Positions 26,993 to 43,458 of a DNA stretch of 64,000 bases are shown here, piece after piece (the stretch's first letter is position 1; every line of letters starts with the position of its first letter). Position numbers and translations under genes: made by a program. Below the pieces are notes generated by a model that worked only from the letters and a program-made list of their open reading frames with translations, was not told the origin of the DNA and searched no databases. Origin of the DNA: Antedon mediterranea (taxonomy: Eukaryota > Animalia > Echinodermata); assembly GCF_964355755.1 (NCBI RefSeq), contig NC_092676.1, forward strand, positions 13,410,871-13,474,870. The letters run 5' to 3'.

Positions 26993-29900
26993 ATATACAT
27001 CGACCTCGATTTTACGTATAGACATCGAACCCGTTTTTACGTACAGGTATCGACAATGATTTTACGTACAGACATCAACCTAGTTTTGAACTACAGACAT
27101 CGACCACGTTTTTACGTACAGACATCGACCCTAATTTTACGTACAGACATGTATCTCGATTTTACGTACATACATCGACCACAAATCAACGTAGAGACAT
27201 CGACCCCGATTTTACGTACAGACATCGACAATGATTTTACGTACAGACATCGACCCCTATTGTACGTACAGAGATCAACCCAGTTTTTACGTACAGACAT
27301 CGACCCCGATTTTACGTACATACATCGACCCCTATTTTACGTACAGAGATCGACCCAGTTTTTACGTACCGACATCGACCTCAATTTTACGTACAGACAT
27401 CGACCCCGATTTTACGTACATACATCGACCCCGATTTTACGTACAGACATTGACCTCGATTTTACGTACATGCACCGACCTTGATTTTACGTACAGACAT
27501 CGACCTCGATTTTACGTACAGTCATCGACCTAGTTTTGACGTACAGACATCGACACAGATTTTACGCAAAAATATCGACCCCGATTTCACGTACAGACAT
27601 CGACCACGTTTTTACGTACAGACATCAACCTAGTTTTTACGTACAGACATCGGCCTAGTTTTTACTTACAGACCTAGACATAGTTTTTATGCAATGACAG
27701 CAACCCCGACTTTACGTACAGATATGGACCCCGATTTTACGTACAGACATCGACCTAGTTTTGAACTACAGATATCGACCACGTTTTTACGTACAGACAT
27801 CGACCCTGATTTTAAGTACAGACATGTACCTCGATTTCACGTACATACATCGACCAAAAATCAACGTAGAGACATCGACCCCGATTTTACGTACAGACAT
27901 CGACAATGATTTTACGTACAGACATCGACCTAGTTTTGACCTACATACATCGACCTAGTTTTCACGTACAGACATCTACCCCGTTTTTACATACAGACAT
28001 CGATCTAGTTTTTTACGTACAGAGATCGACCTAGTTTTTACGCAAGACATCGACCCCGTATTTACGTACAAACGTCGACCTAGGTTTTACGTACATACAT
28101 CAACTCCGTTTTTACGTAAAGACATCGACCCCGATTTTACGTACCGACAGCGACCCCGATTTTACGTACAGACATCAACCCCGTTTTGAGGTACAGACAT
28201 CGACACCGATTTTACGCAAAGACAACGATCCCGATTTCACGTACAGACATCGACCCCGATTTTATGAAAGACATCAACCCCGATTTTACGTGCATACATC
28301 GACCCCGATTTTACGTACAGACATTGACCCAGTTTTTACGTACAGACATTGACCCAGTTTTTACGTACAGACATCAACACCTTTTTACGTACAGACATCG
28401 ACCTAGTTTTTACGTACAGACATCGACCTCGATTTTACGTACATACTTTGACCGCTATTTTACGTACAGACATAGACCTCTTTTTACATACAGACAACGA
28501 TCCCGATTTTACATACAGACATCGACACCAATTTTACGCAAAGACAACGACCCCGATTTCACGAATAGACATCGATTCCGATTTTACGTACATACATCGA
28601 CCCGATTTTACGTACAGTCATCGACCCAGTTTTTACGTATAAACATCGACCCCGATTTTACGTACATACATCGACCCCGATTTTACGTACAGACATCGAC
28701 CCCGATTTTACGTACATACATCGACCCCGATTTTACATACATACATCGACTCCTATTTTACATACAGACAACGACCCCGATTTTACGTACAGACATTGAC
28801 CTAGTTTTGACGTACAGATATCTACCCCGTTTTGACGTACAGACATCGACACCAATTTTACGCAAAGACAACGACCCCGATTTCACGAATAGACATCGAT
28901 CCCGTATTTACGTACAGACATCGATCCCGTATTTACTTACAGACATCGACCATGTTTCTACGTGCAAATATGAACCTCGATTTAACGTACTTATATCGAT
29001 CCCGATTTGACGTACATACATCGATCCCGTATTTACGTACAGACATCGATCCCGTATTTACTTACAGACATCAACCTAGTTTCTACGTACAAACATCGAT
29101 CCCGATTTAACGTACATACATCGACCCCGATTTTACGTACATACATCGACCCCGATTTTACGTACAGTCATCGACCCAGTTTTTACGTACATACATCAAC
29201 CTCGATTTTACGTTCAGACATTGACCCCGATTTTACGTACATACATCGACCCCAATTTTACATACATACATCGACTCCTATTTTACATACAGACAACGAC
29301 CCCGATTTTACGTACAGACATCGACCTAGTTTTGACGTACAGATATCTACCCCGTTTTGACGTACAGACATCGACACCAATTTTACGCAAAGACAACGAC
29401 CCCGATTTCACGAATATACATCGATCCCGTATTTACGTACAGACATCGATCCCGTATTTACTTACAGACATCGACCTAGTTTCTACGTGCAAATATCAAC
29501 CTCGATTTAACGTACTTATATCGATCCCGATTTGACTTACATACATCGATCCCGTATTTACGTACAGACATCGATCCCGTATTTACTTACAGACATCGAC
29601 CTAGTTTCTACGTACAAACATCGATCCCGATTTAACGTACATACAACGATCCCGATTTCACGTACAGACATCGACCCCGATTTTATGAAAGACATCAACC
29701 CCGATTTTACGTGCATACATCGACCCCGATTTTACGTACAGACATTGACCCAGTTTTTACGTACAGACATTGACCCAGTTTTTACGTACAGACATCAACA
29801 CCTTTTTACGTACAGACATCGACCTAGTTTTTACGTACAGACATCGACCTCGATTTTACGTACATACTTTGACCGCTATTTTACGTACAGACATAGACCT

Positions 29901-32900
29901 CTTTTTACATACAGACAACGATCCCGATTTTACATACAGACATCGACACCAATTTTACGCAAAGACAACGACCCCGATTTCACGAATAGACATCGATTCC
30001 GATTTTACGTACATACATCGACCCGATTTTACGTACAGTCATCGACCCAGTTTTTACGTATAAACATCGACCCCGATTTTACGTACATACATCGACCCCG
30101 ATTTTACGTACAGACATCGACCCCGATTTTACGTACATACATCGACCCCGATTTTACATACATACATCGACTCCTATTTTACATACAGACAACGACCCCG
30201 ATTTTACGTACAGACATTGACCTAGTTTTGACGTACAGATATCTACCCCGTTTTGACGTACAGACATCGACACCAATTTTACGCAAAGACAACGACCCCG
30301 ATTTCACGAATAGACATCGATCCCGTATTTACGTACAGACATCGATCCCGTATTTACTTACAGACATCGACCATGTTTCTACGTGCAAATATGAACCTCG
30401 ATTTAACGTACTTATATCGATCCCGATTTGACGTACATACATCGATCCCGTATTTACGTACAGACATCGATCCCGTATTTACTTACAGACATCAACCTAG
30501 TTTCTACGTACAAACATCGATCCCGATTTAACGTACATACATCGACCCCGATTTTACGTACATACATCGACCCCGATTTTACGTACAGTCATCGACCCAG
30601 TTTTTACGTACATACATCAACCTCGATTTTACGTACAGACATTGACCCCGATTTTACGTACATACATCGACCCCAATTTTACATACATACATCGACTCCT
30701 ATTTTACATACAAACAACGACCCCGATTTTACGTACAGACATCGACCTAGTTTTGACGTACAGATATCTACCCCGTTTTGACGTACAGACATCGACACCA
30801 ATTTTACGCAAAGACAACGACCCCGATTTCACGAATATACATCGATCCCGTATTTACGTACAGACATCGATCCCGTATTTACTTACAGACATCGACCTAG
30901 TTTCTACGTGCAAATATCAACCTCGATTTAACGTACTTATATCGATCCCGATTTGACTTACATACATCGATCCCGTATTTACGTACAGACATCGATCCCG
31001 TATTTACTTACAGACATCGACCTAGTTTCTACGTACAAACATCGATCCCGATTTAACGTACATACATCGACCCCGATTTTACGTACATACATCGACCCCG
31101 ATTTTACGTACATACATCGACCACGATTTTACGTACAGACATCGACCCCGATTTTACGTACAGACATCGACCCCGATTTTCCGTACACGCATCGACTCCG
31201 ATTTAACGTACAAACATCGATCCCGATTTTATGTATACACATCGACCCCGATTTTACGTACAGACATCGACCCCGATTTTACGTACATACATCGAACCCA
31301 AATTTACGTACAGACATCGACCCCGATTTTACGTACAGACATCGACCCCGATTTTACGTACAGACATCGACCTAGTTTTTACGTAAAGACATCGACCCTG
31401 ATTTTACATACAGACATCGACCTAGTTTTTACGTACAGACATCGACCCCGATTTTACGTACAGACATTGACCTCGATTTTACGTACATGCATCGACCCTG
31501 ATTTTACGTACAGACATCGACACAGATTTTACGTACATTCATCGACCTAGTTTTGACGTACAGACATCGACACAGATTTTACGCAAAGATATCGACCCCG
31601 ATTTCACGTACAGACATCGACCACGATTTTACTTGCAGACATCAAGACAGTTTTTACATACAGACAGCGACACCGTTTTACGTACCGATTACGACCCCGA
31701 TTTTACGTACAGAAATCGACCTAGTTTTTAGGTACAGACATCGACACTGATTTTACGTACAGACATTGACCCCGATTTTACGTACAGACATCGATCTAGT
31801 TTTTACATACAGACATCGACCCCGTTTTTACATACACATATACATCGACCTCGATTTTACGTATAGACATCGAACCCGTTTTTACGTACAGGTATCGACA
31901 ATGATTTTACGTACAGACATCAACCTAGTTTTGAACTACAGACATCGACCACGTTTTTACGTACAGACATCGACCCTAATTTTACGTACAGACATGTATC
32001 TCGATTTTACGTACATACATCGACCACAAATCAACGTAGAGACATCGACCCCGATTTTACGTACAGACATCGACAATGATTTTACGTACAGACATCGACC
32101 CCTATTGTACGTACAGAGATCAACCCAGTTTTTACGTACAGACATCGACCCCGATTTTACGTACATACATCGACCCCTATTTTACGTACAGAGATCGACC
32201 CAGTTTTTACGTACCGACATCGACCTCAATTTTACGTACAGACATCGACCCCGATTTTACGTACCGACATCGACCTCAATTTTACGTACAGACATCGACC
32301 CCGATTTTACGTACATACATCGACCCCGATTTTACGTACAGACATCGACCTCGATTTTACGTACAGTCATCGACCTAGTTTTGACGTACAGACATCGACA
32401 CAGATTTTACGCAAAAATATCGACCCCGATTTCACGTACAGACATCGACCACGTTTTTACGTACAGACATCAACCTAGTTTTTACGTACAGACATCGGCC
32501 TAGTTTTTACTTACAGACCTCGACATAGTTTTTATGCAATGACAGCAACCCCGACTTTACGTACAGATATGGACCCCGATTTTACGTACAGACATCGACC
32601 TAGTTTTGAACTACAGATATCGACCACGTTTTTACGTACAGACATCGACCCTGATTTTAAGTACAGACATGTACCTCGATTTCACGTACATACATCGACC
32701 AAAAATCAACGTAGAGACATCGACCCCGATTTTACGTACAGACATCGACAATGATTTTACGTACAGACATCGACCTAGTTTTGACCTACATACATCGACC
32801 TAGTTTTCACGTACAGACATCTACCCCGTTTTTACATACAGACATCGATCTAGTTTTTTACGTACAGAGATCGACCTAGTTTTTACGCAAGACATCGACC

Positions 32901-35900
32901 CCGTATTTACGTACAAACGTCGACCTAGGTTTTACGTACATACATCAACTCCGTTTTTACGTAAAGACATCGACCCCGATTTTACGTACCGACAGCGACC
33001 CCGATTTTACGTACAGACATCAACCCCGTTTTGAGGTACAGACATCGACACCGATTTTACGCAAAGACAACGATCCCGATTTCACGTACAGACATCGACC
33101 CCGATTTTATGAAAGACATCAACCCCGATTTTACGTGCATACATCGACCCCGATTTTACGTACAGACATTGACCCAGTTTTTACGTACAGACATTGACCC
33201 AGTTTTTACGTACAGACATCAACACCTTTTTACGTACAGACATCGACCTAGTTTTTAGGTACAGACATCGACACTGATTTTACGTACAGACATTGACCCC
33301 GATTTTACGTACAGACATCGACCTAGTTTTTACATACAGACATCGACCCCGTTTTTACATACACATATACATCGACCTCGATTTTACGTATAGACATCGA
33401 ACCCGTTTTTACGTACAGGTATCGACAATGATTTTACGTACAGACATCAACCTAGTTTTGAACTACAGACATCGACCACGTTTTTACGTACAGACATCGA
33501 CCCTAATTTTACGTACAGACATGTATCTCGATTTTACGTACATACATCGACCACAAATCAACGTAGAGACATCGACCCCGATTTTACGTACAGACATCGA
33601 CAATGATTTTACGTACAGACATCGACCCCTATTGTACGTACAGAGATCAACCCAGTTTTTACGTACAGACATCGACCCCGATTTTACGTACATACATCGA
33701 CCCCTATTTTACGTACAGAGATCGACCCAGTTTTTACGTACCGACATCGACCTCAATTTTACGTACAGACATCGACCCCGATTTTACGTACATACATCGA
33801 CCCCGATTTTACGTACAGACATTGACCTCGATTTTACGTACATGCACCGACCTTGATTTTACGTACAGACATCGACCTCGATTTTACGTACAGTCATCGA
33901 CCTAGTTTTGACGTACAGACATCGACACAGATTTTACGCAAAAATATCGACCCCGATTTCACGTACAGACATCGACCACGTTTTTACGTACAGACATCAA
34001 CCTAGTTTTTACGTACAGACATCGGCCTAGTTTTTACTTACAGACCTCGACATAGTTTTTATGCAATGACAGCAACCCCGACTTTACGTACAGATATGGA
34101 CCCCGATTTTACGTACAGACATCGACCTAGTTTTGAACTACAGATATCGACCACGTTTTTACGTAGAGACATCGACCCTGATTTTAAGTACAGACATGTA
34201 CCTCGATTTCACGTACATACATCGACCAAAAATCAACGTAGAGACATCGACCCCGATTTTACGTACAGACATCGACAATGATTTTACGTACAGACATCGA
34301 TCTAGTTTTTTACGTACAGAGACCGACCTAGTTTTTACGCAAGACATCGACCCCGTATTTACGTACAAACGTCGACCTAGGTTTTACGTACATACATCAA
34401 CTCCGTTTTTACGTAAAGACATCGACCCCGATTTTACGTACCGACAGCGACCCCGATTTTACGTACAGACATCAACCCCGTTTTGAGGTACAGACATCGA
34501 CACCGATTTTACGCAAAGACAACGATCCAGATTTCACGTACAGACATCGACCCCGATTTTATGAAAGACATCAACCCCGATTTTACGTGCATACATCGAC
34601 CCCGATTTTACGTACAGACATTGACCCAGTTTTTACGTACAGACATTGACCCAGTTTTTACGTACAGACATCAACACCTTTTTACGTACAGACATCGACC
34701 TAGTTTTTACGTACAGACATCGACCTCGATTTTACGTACATACTTTGACCGCTATTTTACGTACAGACATAGACCTCTTTTTACATACAGACAACGATCC
34801 CGATTTTACATACAGACATCGACACCAATTTTACGCAAAGACAACGACCCCGATTTCACGAATAGACATCGATTCCGATTTTACGTACATACATCGACCC
34901 GATTTTACGTACAGTCATCGACCCAGTTTTTACGTATAAACATCGACCCCGATTTTACGTACATACATCGACCCCGATTTTACGTACAGACATCGACCCC
35001 GATTTTACGTACATACATCGACCCCGATTTTACATACATACATCGACTCCTATTTTACATACAGACAACGACCCCGATTTTACGTACAGACATTGACCTA
35101 GTTTTGACGTACAGATATCTACCCCGTTTTGACGTACAGACATCGACACCAATTTTACGCAAAGACAACGACCCCGATTTCACGAATAGACATCGATCCC
35201 GTATTTACGTACAGACATCGATCCCGTATTTACTTACAGACATCGACCTAGTTTCTACGTGCAAATATGAACCTCGATTTAACGTACTTATATCGATCCC
35301 GATTTGACGTACATACATCGATCCCGTATTTACGTACAGACATCGATCCCGTATTTACTTACAGACATCAACCTAGTTTCTACGTACAAACATCGATCCC
35401 GATTTAACGTACATACATCGACCCCGATTTTACGTACATACATCGACCCCGATTTTACGTACAGTCATCGACCCAGTTTTTACGTACATACATCAACCTC
35501 GATTTTACGTACAGACATTGACCCCGATTTTACGTACAAACATCGACCCCAATTTTACATACATACATCGACTCCTATTTTACATACAGACAACGACCCC
35601 GATTTTACGTACAGACATCGACCTAGTTTTGTCGTACAGATATCTACCCCGTTTTGACGTACAGACATCGACACCAATTTTACGCAAAGACAACGACCCC
35701 GATTTCACGAATATACATCGATCCCGTATTTACGTACAGACATCGATCCCGTATTTACTTACAGACATCGACCTAGTTTCTACGTGCAAATATCAACAGT
35801 TTTTACATACAGACAGCGACACCGTTTTACGTACCGATTACGACCCCGATTTTACGTACAGAAATCGACCTAGTTTTTAGGTACAGACATCGACACTGAT

Positions 35901-38900
35901 TTTACGTACAGACATTGACCCCGATTTTACGTACAGACATCGACCTAGTTTTTACATACAGACATCGACCCCGTTTTTACATACACATATACATCGACCT
36001 CGATTTTACGTATAGACATCGAACCCGTTTTTACGTACAGGTATCGACAATGATTTTACGTACAGACATCAACCTAGTTTTGAACTACAGACATCGACCA
36101 CGTTTTTACGTACAGACATCGACCCTAATTTTACGTACAGACATGTATCTCGATTTTACGTACATACATCGACCACAAATCAACGTAGAGACATCGACCC
36201 CGATTTTACGTACAGACATCGACAATGATTTTACGTACAGACATCGACCCCTATTGTACGTACAGAGATCAACCCAGTTTTTACGTACAGACATCGACCC
36301 CGATTTTACGTACATACATCGACCCCTATTTTACGTACAGAGATCGACCCAGTTTTTACGTACCGACATCGACCTCAATTTTACGTACAGACATCGACCC
36401 CGATTTTACGTACATACATCGACCCCGATTTTACGTACAGACATTGACCTCGATTTTACGTACATGCACCGACCTTGATTTTACGTACAGACATCGACCT
36501 CGATTTTACGTACAGTCATCGACCTAGTTTTGACGTACAGACATCGACACAGATTTTACGCAAAAATATCGACCCCGATTTCACGTACAGACATCGACCA
36601 CGTTTTTACGTACAGACATCAACCTAGTTTTTACGTACAGACATCGGCCTAGTTTTTACTTACAGACCTCGACATAGTTTTTATGCAATGACAGCAACCC
36701 CGACTTTACGTACAGATATGGACCCCGATTTTACGTACAGACATCAACACCTTTTTACGTACAAACATCGACCTAGTTTTTACGTACAGACATCGACCTC
36801 GATTTTACGTACATACTTTGACCGCTATTTTACGTACAGACATAGACCTCTTTTTACATACAGACAACGATCCCGATTTTACATACAGACATCGACTCCA
36901 ATTTTACGCAAAGACAACGACCCCGATTTCACGAATAGACATCGATTCCGATTTTACGTACATACATCGACCCGATTTTACGTACAGTCATCGACCCAGT
37001 TTTTACGTATAAACATCGACCCCGATTTTACGTACATACATCGACCCCGATTTTACGTGCAGACATCGACCCCGATTTTACGTACATACATCGACCCCGA
37101 TTTTACATACATACATCGACTCCTATTTTACATACAGACAACGACCCCGATTTTACGTACAGACATTGACCTAGTTTTGACGTACAGATATCTACCCCGT
37201 TTTGACGTACAGACATCGACACCAATTTTACGCAAAGACAACGACCCCAATTTCACGAATAGACATCGATCCCGTATTTACGTACAGACATCGATCCCGT
37301 ATTTACTTACAGACATCGACCTAGTTTCTACGTGCAAATATTAACCTCGATTTAACGTACTTATATCGATCCCGATTTGACGTACATACATCGATCCCGT
37401 ATTTACGTACAGACATCGATCCCGTATTTACTTACAGACATCAACCTAGTTTCTACGTACAAACATCGATCCCGATTTAACGTACATACATCGACCCCGA
37501 TTTTACGTACATACATCGACCCCGATTTTACGTACAGTCATCGACCCAGTTTTTACGTACATACATCAACCTCGATTTTACGTACAGACATTGACCCCGA
37601 TTTTACGTACATACATCGACCCCAATTTTACATACATACATCGACTCCTATTTTACATACAGACAACGACCCCGATTTTACGTACAGACATCGACCTAGT
37701 TTTGACGTACAGATATCTACCCCGTTTTGACGTACAGACATCGACACCAATTTTACGCAAAGACAACGACCCCGATTTCACGAATATACATCGATCCCGT
37801 ATTTACGTACAGACATCGATCCCGTATTTACTTACAGACATCGACCTAGTTTCTACGTGCAAATATCAACCTCGATTTAACGTACTTATATCGATCCCGA
37901 TTTGACTTACATACATCGATCCCGTATTTACGTACAGACATCGATCCCGTATTTACTTACAGACATCGACCTAGTTTCTACGTACAAACATCGATCCCGA
38001 TTTAACGTACATACATCGACCCCGATTTTACGTACATACATCGACCCCGATTTTACGTACATACATCGACCACGATTTTACGTACAGACATCGACCCCGA
38101 TTTTACGTACAGACATCGACCCCGATTTTCCGTACACGCATCGACTCCGATTTAACGTACAAACATCGATCCCGATTTTATGTATACACATCGACCCCGA
38201 TTTTACGTACAGACATCGACCCCGATTTTACGTACATACATCGAACCCAAATTTACGTACAGACATCGACCCCGATTTTACGTACAGACATCGACCCCGA
38301 TTTTACGTACAGACATCGACCTAGTTTTTACGTAAAGACATCGACCCTGATTTTACATACAGACATCGACCTAGTTTTTACGTACAGACATCGACCCCGA
38401 TTTTACGTACAGACATTGACCTCGATTTTACGTACATGCATCGACCCTGATTTTACGTACAGACATCGACACAGATTTTACGTACATTCATCGACCTAGT
38501 TTTGACGTACAGACATCGACACAGATTTTACGCAAAGATATCGACCCCGATTTCACGTACAGACATCGACCACGATTTTACTTGCAGACATCAAGACAGT
38601 TTTTACATACAGACAGCGACACCGTTTTACGTACCGATTACGACCCCGATTTTACGTACAGAAATCGACCTAGTTTTTAGGTACAGACATCGACACTGAT
38701 TTTACGTACAGACATTGACCCCGATTTTACGTACAGACATCGACCTAGTTTTTACATACAGACATCGACCCCGTTTTTACATACACATATACATCGACCT
38801 CGATTTTACGTATAGACATCGAACCCGTTTTTACGTACAGGTATCGACAATGATTTTACGTACAGACATCAACCTAGTTTTGAACTACAGACATCGACCA

Positions 38901-41900
38901 CGTTTTTACGTACAGACATCGACCCTAATTTTACGTACAGACATGTATCTCGATTTTACGTACATAAATCGACCACAAATCAACGTAGAGACATCGACCC
39001 CGATTTTACGTACAGACATCGACAATGATTTTACGTACAGACATCGACCCCTATTGTACGTACAGAGATCAACCCAGTTTTTACGTACAGACATCGACCC
39101 CGATTTTACGTACATACATCGACCCCTATTTTACGTACAGAGATCGACCTCAATTTTACGTACAGACATCGACCCCGATTTTACGTACATACATCGACCC
39201 CGATTTTACGTACAGACATTGACCTCGATTTTACGTACATGTACCGACCTTGATTTTACGTACAGACATCGACCTCGATTTTACGTACAGTCATCGACCT
39301 AGTTTTGACGTACAGACATCGACACAGATTTTACGCAAAAATATCGACCCCGATTTCACGTACAGACATCGACCACGTTTTTACGTACAGACATCAACCT
39401 AGTTTTTACGTACAGACATCGGCCTAGTTTTTACTTACAGACCTCGACATAGTTTTTATGCAATGACAGCAACCCCGACTTTACGTACAGATATGGACCC
39501 CGATTTTACGTACAGACATCGACCTAGTTTTGAACTACAGATATCGACCACGTTTTTACGTACAGACATCGACCCTGATTTTAAGTACAGACATGTACCT
39601 CGATTTCACGTACATACATCGACCAAAAATCAACGTAGAGACATCGACCCCGATTTTACGTACAGACATCGACAATGATTTTACGTACAGACATCGACCT
39701 AGTTTTGACCTACATACATCGACCTAGTTTTCACGTACAGACATCTACCCCGTTTTTACATACAGACATCGATCTAGTTTTTTACGTACAGAGATCGACC
39801 TAGTTTTTACGCAAGACATCGACCCCGTATTTACGTACAAACGTCGACCTAGGTTTTACGTACATACATCAACTCCGTTTTTACGTAAAGACATCGACCC
39901 CGATTTTACGTACCGACAGCGACCCCGATTTTACGTACAGACATCAACCCCGTTTTGAGGTACAGACATCGACACCGATTTTACGCAAAGACAACGATCC
40001 CGATTTCACGTACAGACATCGACTCCGATTTTATGAAAGACATCAACCCCGATTTTACGTGCATACATCGACCCCGATTTTACGTACAGACATTGACCCA
40101 GTTTTTACGTACAGACATTGACCCAGTTTTTACGTACAGACATCAACACCTTTTTACGTACAGACATCGACCTAGTTTTTACGTACAGACATCGACCTCG
40201 ATTTTACGTACATACTTTGACCGCTATTTTACGTACAGACATAGACCTCTTTTTACATACAGACAACGATCCCGATTTTACATACAGACATCGACACCAA
40301 TTTTACGCAAAGACAACGACCCCGATTTCACGAATAGACATCGATTCCGATTTTACGTACATACATCGACCCGATTTTACGTACAGTCATCGACCCAGTT
40401 TTTACGTATAAACATCGACCCCGATTTTACGTACATACATCGACACCGATTTTACGTACAGACATCGACCCCGATTTTACGTACATACATCGACCCCGAT
40501 TTTACATACAGACAACGACCCCGATTTTACATACATACATCGACTCCTATTTTACATACAGACAACGACCCCGATTTTACGTACAGACATCGACCTAGTT
40601 TTGACGTACAGATATCTACCCCGTTTTGACGTACAGACATCGACACCAATTTTACGCAAAGACAACGACCCCGATTTCACGAATAGACATCGATCCCGTA
40701 TTTACGTACAGACATCGATCCCGTTTTTACTTACAGACATCGACCTAGTTTCTACGTGCAAATATGAACCTCGATTTAACGTACTTATATCGATCCCGAT
40801 TTGACGTACATACATCGATCCCGTATTTACGTACAGACATCGATCCCGTATTTACTTACAGACATCAACCTAGTTTCTACGTACAAACATCGATCCCGAT
40901 TTAACGTACATACATCGACCCCAATTTTACGTACATACATCGACCCCGATTTTACGTACAGTCATCGACCCAGTTTTTACGTACATACATCAACCTCGAT
41001 TTTACGTACAGACAATGACCCCGATTTTACGTACATACATCGACCCCGATTTTACATACATACATCGACTCCTATTTTACATATAGACAACGACCCCGAT
41101 TTTACGTACAGACATCGACCTAGTTTTGACGTACAGATATCTACCCCGTTTTGACGTACAGACATCCACACCAATTTTACGCAAAGACAACGACCCCGAT
41201 TTCACGAATATACATCGATCCCGTATTTACGTACAGACATCGATCCCGTATTTACTTACAGACATCGACCTAGTTTCTACGTGCAAATATCAACCTCGAT
41301 TTAACGTACTTATATCGATCCCGATTTGACTTACATACATCGATCCCGTATTTACGTACAGACATCGATCCCGTATTTACTTACAGACATCGACCTAGTT
41401 TCTACGTACAAACATCGATCCCGATTTAACGTACATACATCGACCCCGATTTTACGTACATACATCGACCCCGATTTTACGTACATACATCGACCACGAT
41501 TTTACGTACAGACATCGACCCCGATTTTACGTACAGACATCGACCCCGATTTTCCGTACACGCATCGACTCCGATTTAACGTACAAACATCGATCCCGAT
41601 TTTATGTATACACATCGACCCCGATTTTACGTACAGACATCGACCCCGATTTTACGTACATACATCGAACCCAAATTTACGTACAGACATCGACCCCGAT
41701 TTTACGTACAGACATCGACCCCGATTTTACGTACAGACATCGACCTAGTTTTTACGTAAAGACATCGACCCTGATTTTACATACAGACATCGACCTAGTT
41801 TTTACGTACAGACATCGACCCCGTTTTTACATACATATATCGACTCCGTTTTTACGTACAGACATCGACCTAGTTTTTACGTACCGACATCGACCTCAAT

Positions 41901-43400
41901 TTTACGTGCAGACATCGACCCCGATTTTACGTACAGACATCGACCTAGCCTTGAACTACAGACATCAACTGCGATTTTACGTACAGACATCGACCTACCT
42001 TTTAACTACAGACATCGACACCGGTTTTACGTACAGACATCGACCCTGATTTTACATACAGACATCGACCTAGTTTTGACGTACAGACATCGACCCCGTC
42101 TTTACATACAGACATCGATCTTGTTTTTAAGTACAGAGATCGACCTAGTTTTTACGTACCGACATCGACCCAGTTTTTACATACAGATATCGAATCCGAT
42201 TTTCCGCACAGACATTGACCCCGATTTCACGTGCAGACACCGACCCCATTTTTACGTACAGGCATCGACCCCGATTTAATGTATAGACATCATCAACCCC
42301 GATTTTATGTACAGACATCGGACTAGTTTTTATGTACAGAAATCGACCTAGTTTTTAGGTACCGACATCGACCTCAATTTTACGTGCAGACATCGACCCC
42401 GATTTTACGTACAGACATCGACCTAGCTTTGAACTACAGACATCAACTGCGTTTTTACGTAAATATATCGACCCCAATTTTACGTACAGATATCGACCCG
42501 ATTTTTACGTATAGACATCGACCTTGATTTAACGTACAGACATCGAACCCGTTTTTACGTGCAGAGATCGATCCCGTCTTTACATACAGACATCGACCTA
42601 GTTTTTACGTAAAGACATCGACCCTGATTTTACATACAGACATCGACCTAGTTTTGACGTACAGACATCGATCCCGTTTTTACATACATATATCGACTCC
42701 GTTTTTACGTACAGACATCGACCTAGTTTTTACGTACCGACATCAACCTTGATTTTACGTGCAGACATTGACCCCGATTTTACGTACATACATCGACCTC
42801 GATTTTAGGTACAGACATCGACCCCGATTTTACGTACAGACATCGACCTAGTTTTGACGTACAGACATCGACCCAAATTTCACGATCAGACATCGATCCC
42901 GTATTTACGTACAGACATCGATCTCGTATTTACGTACAGACATCGACCCCGTTTTTACGTACATATGTCGATCCCTATTTTACGTACAGAAATCGACTCC
43001 GTTTAACGTACCGACATCGACCCCGATTTTATATACAGACATCGACCTAGTTTTTACGTACAGACATCGACCTAGTTTTTACGTACATACATCGGCCTAG
43101 TTTTTACTTACAGACCTCGACATAGTTTTTATGCAATGACAGCAACCCCGACTTTACGTACAGATATGGACCCCGATTTTACGTACAGACATCGACCCAG
43201 TTTTTACGTACAGACATCGACCACGTTTTTACGTGCAGACATCGACCCCGTTTTTACGTACAGACATCGACCTAGTTTTGAACTACAGACATCGACATCG
43301 ACCCTGATTTTACGTATAGACATGTATCGCGATTTTACGTACAGACATCGACTTAGTTTTCACGTACAGCATCGACCCTGATTTTAGATACATTCATCTA

Positions 43401-43458
43401 ATAATACTAATAATAATAAGATTTTTATAGCGCACATACCACTCCAGAGTGCTCAAGG
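43401..43458 (-). mobile_element. 58-bp 3' tail of an L2-type LINE or SINE
   Basis: Minus strand reads CCTTGAGCACTCTGGAGTGGTATGTGCGCTATAAAAATC followed by TTA-rich repeats. The empty paralogous site CATCTACCTAG is at ~44831. Confidence 0.7.

Larger units (their letters stand above)
14300..29528 (+). repeat. Second copy of an ~11.3-kb higher-order/segmental unit (first copy 1-14299)
   Basis: The anchor GATTTGACTTACATACATC is at 1, 14300 and 29529. Both copies share the order of variant monomers, the inverted patch and the Tx1-like LINE with identical junctions. Confidence 0.85.
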
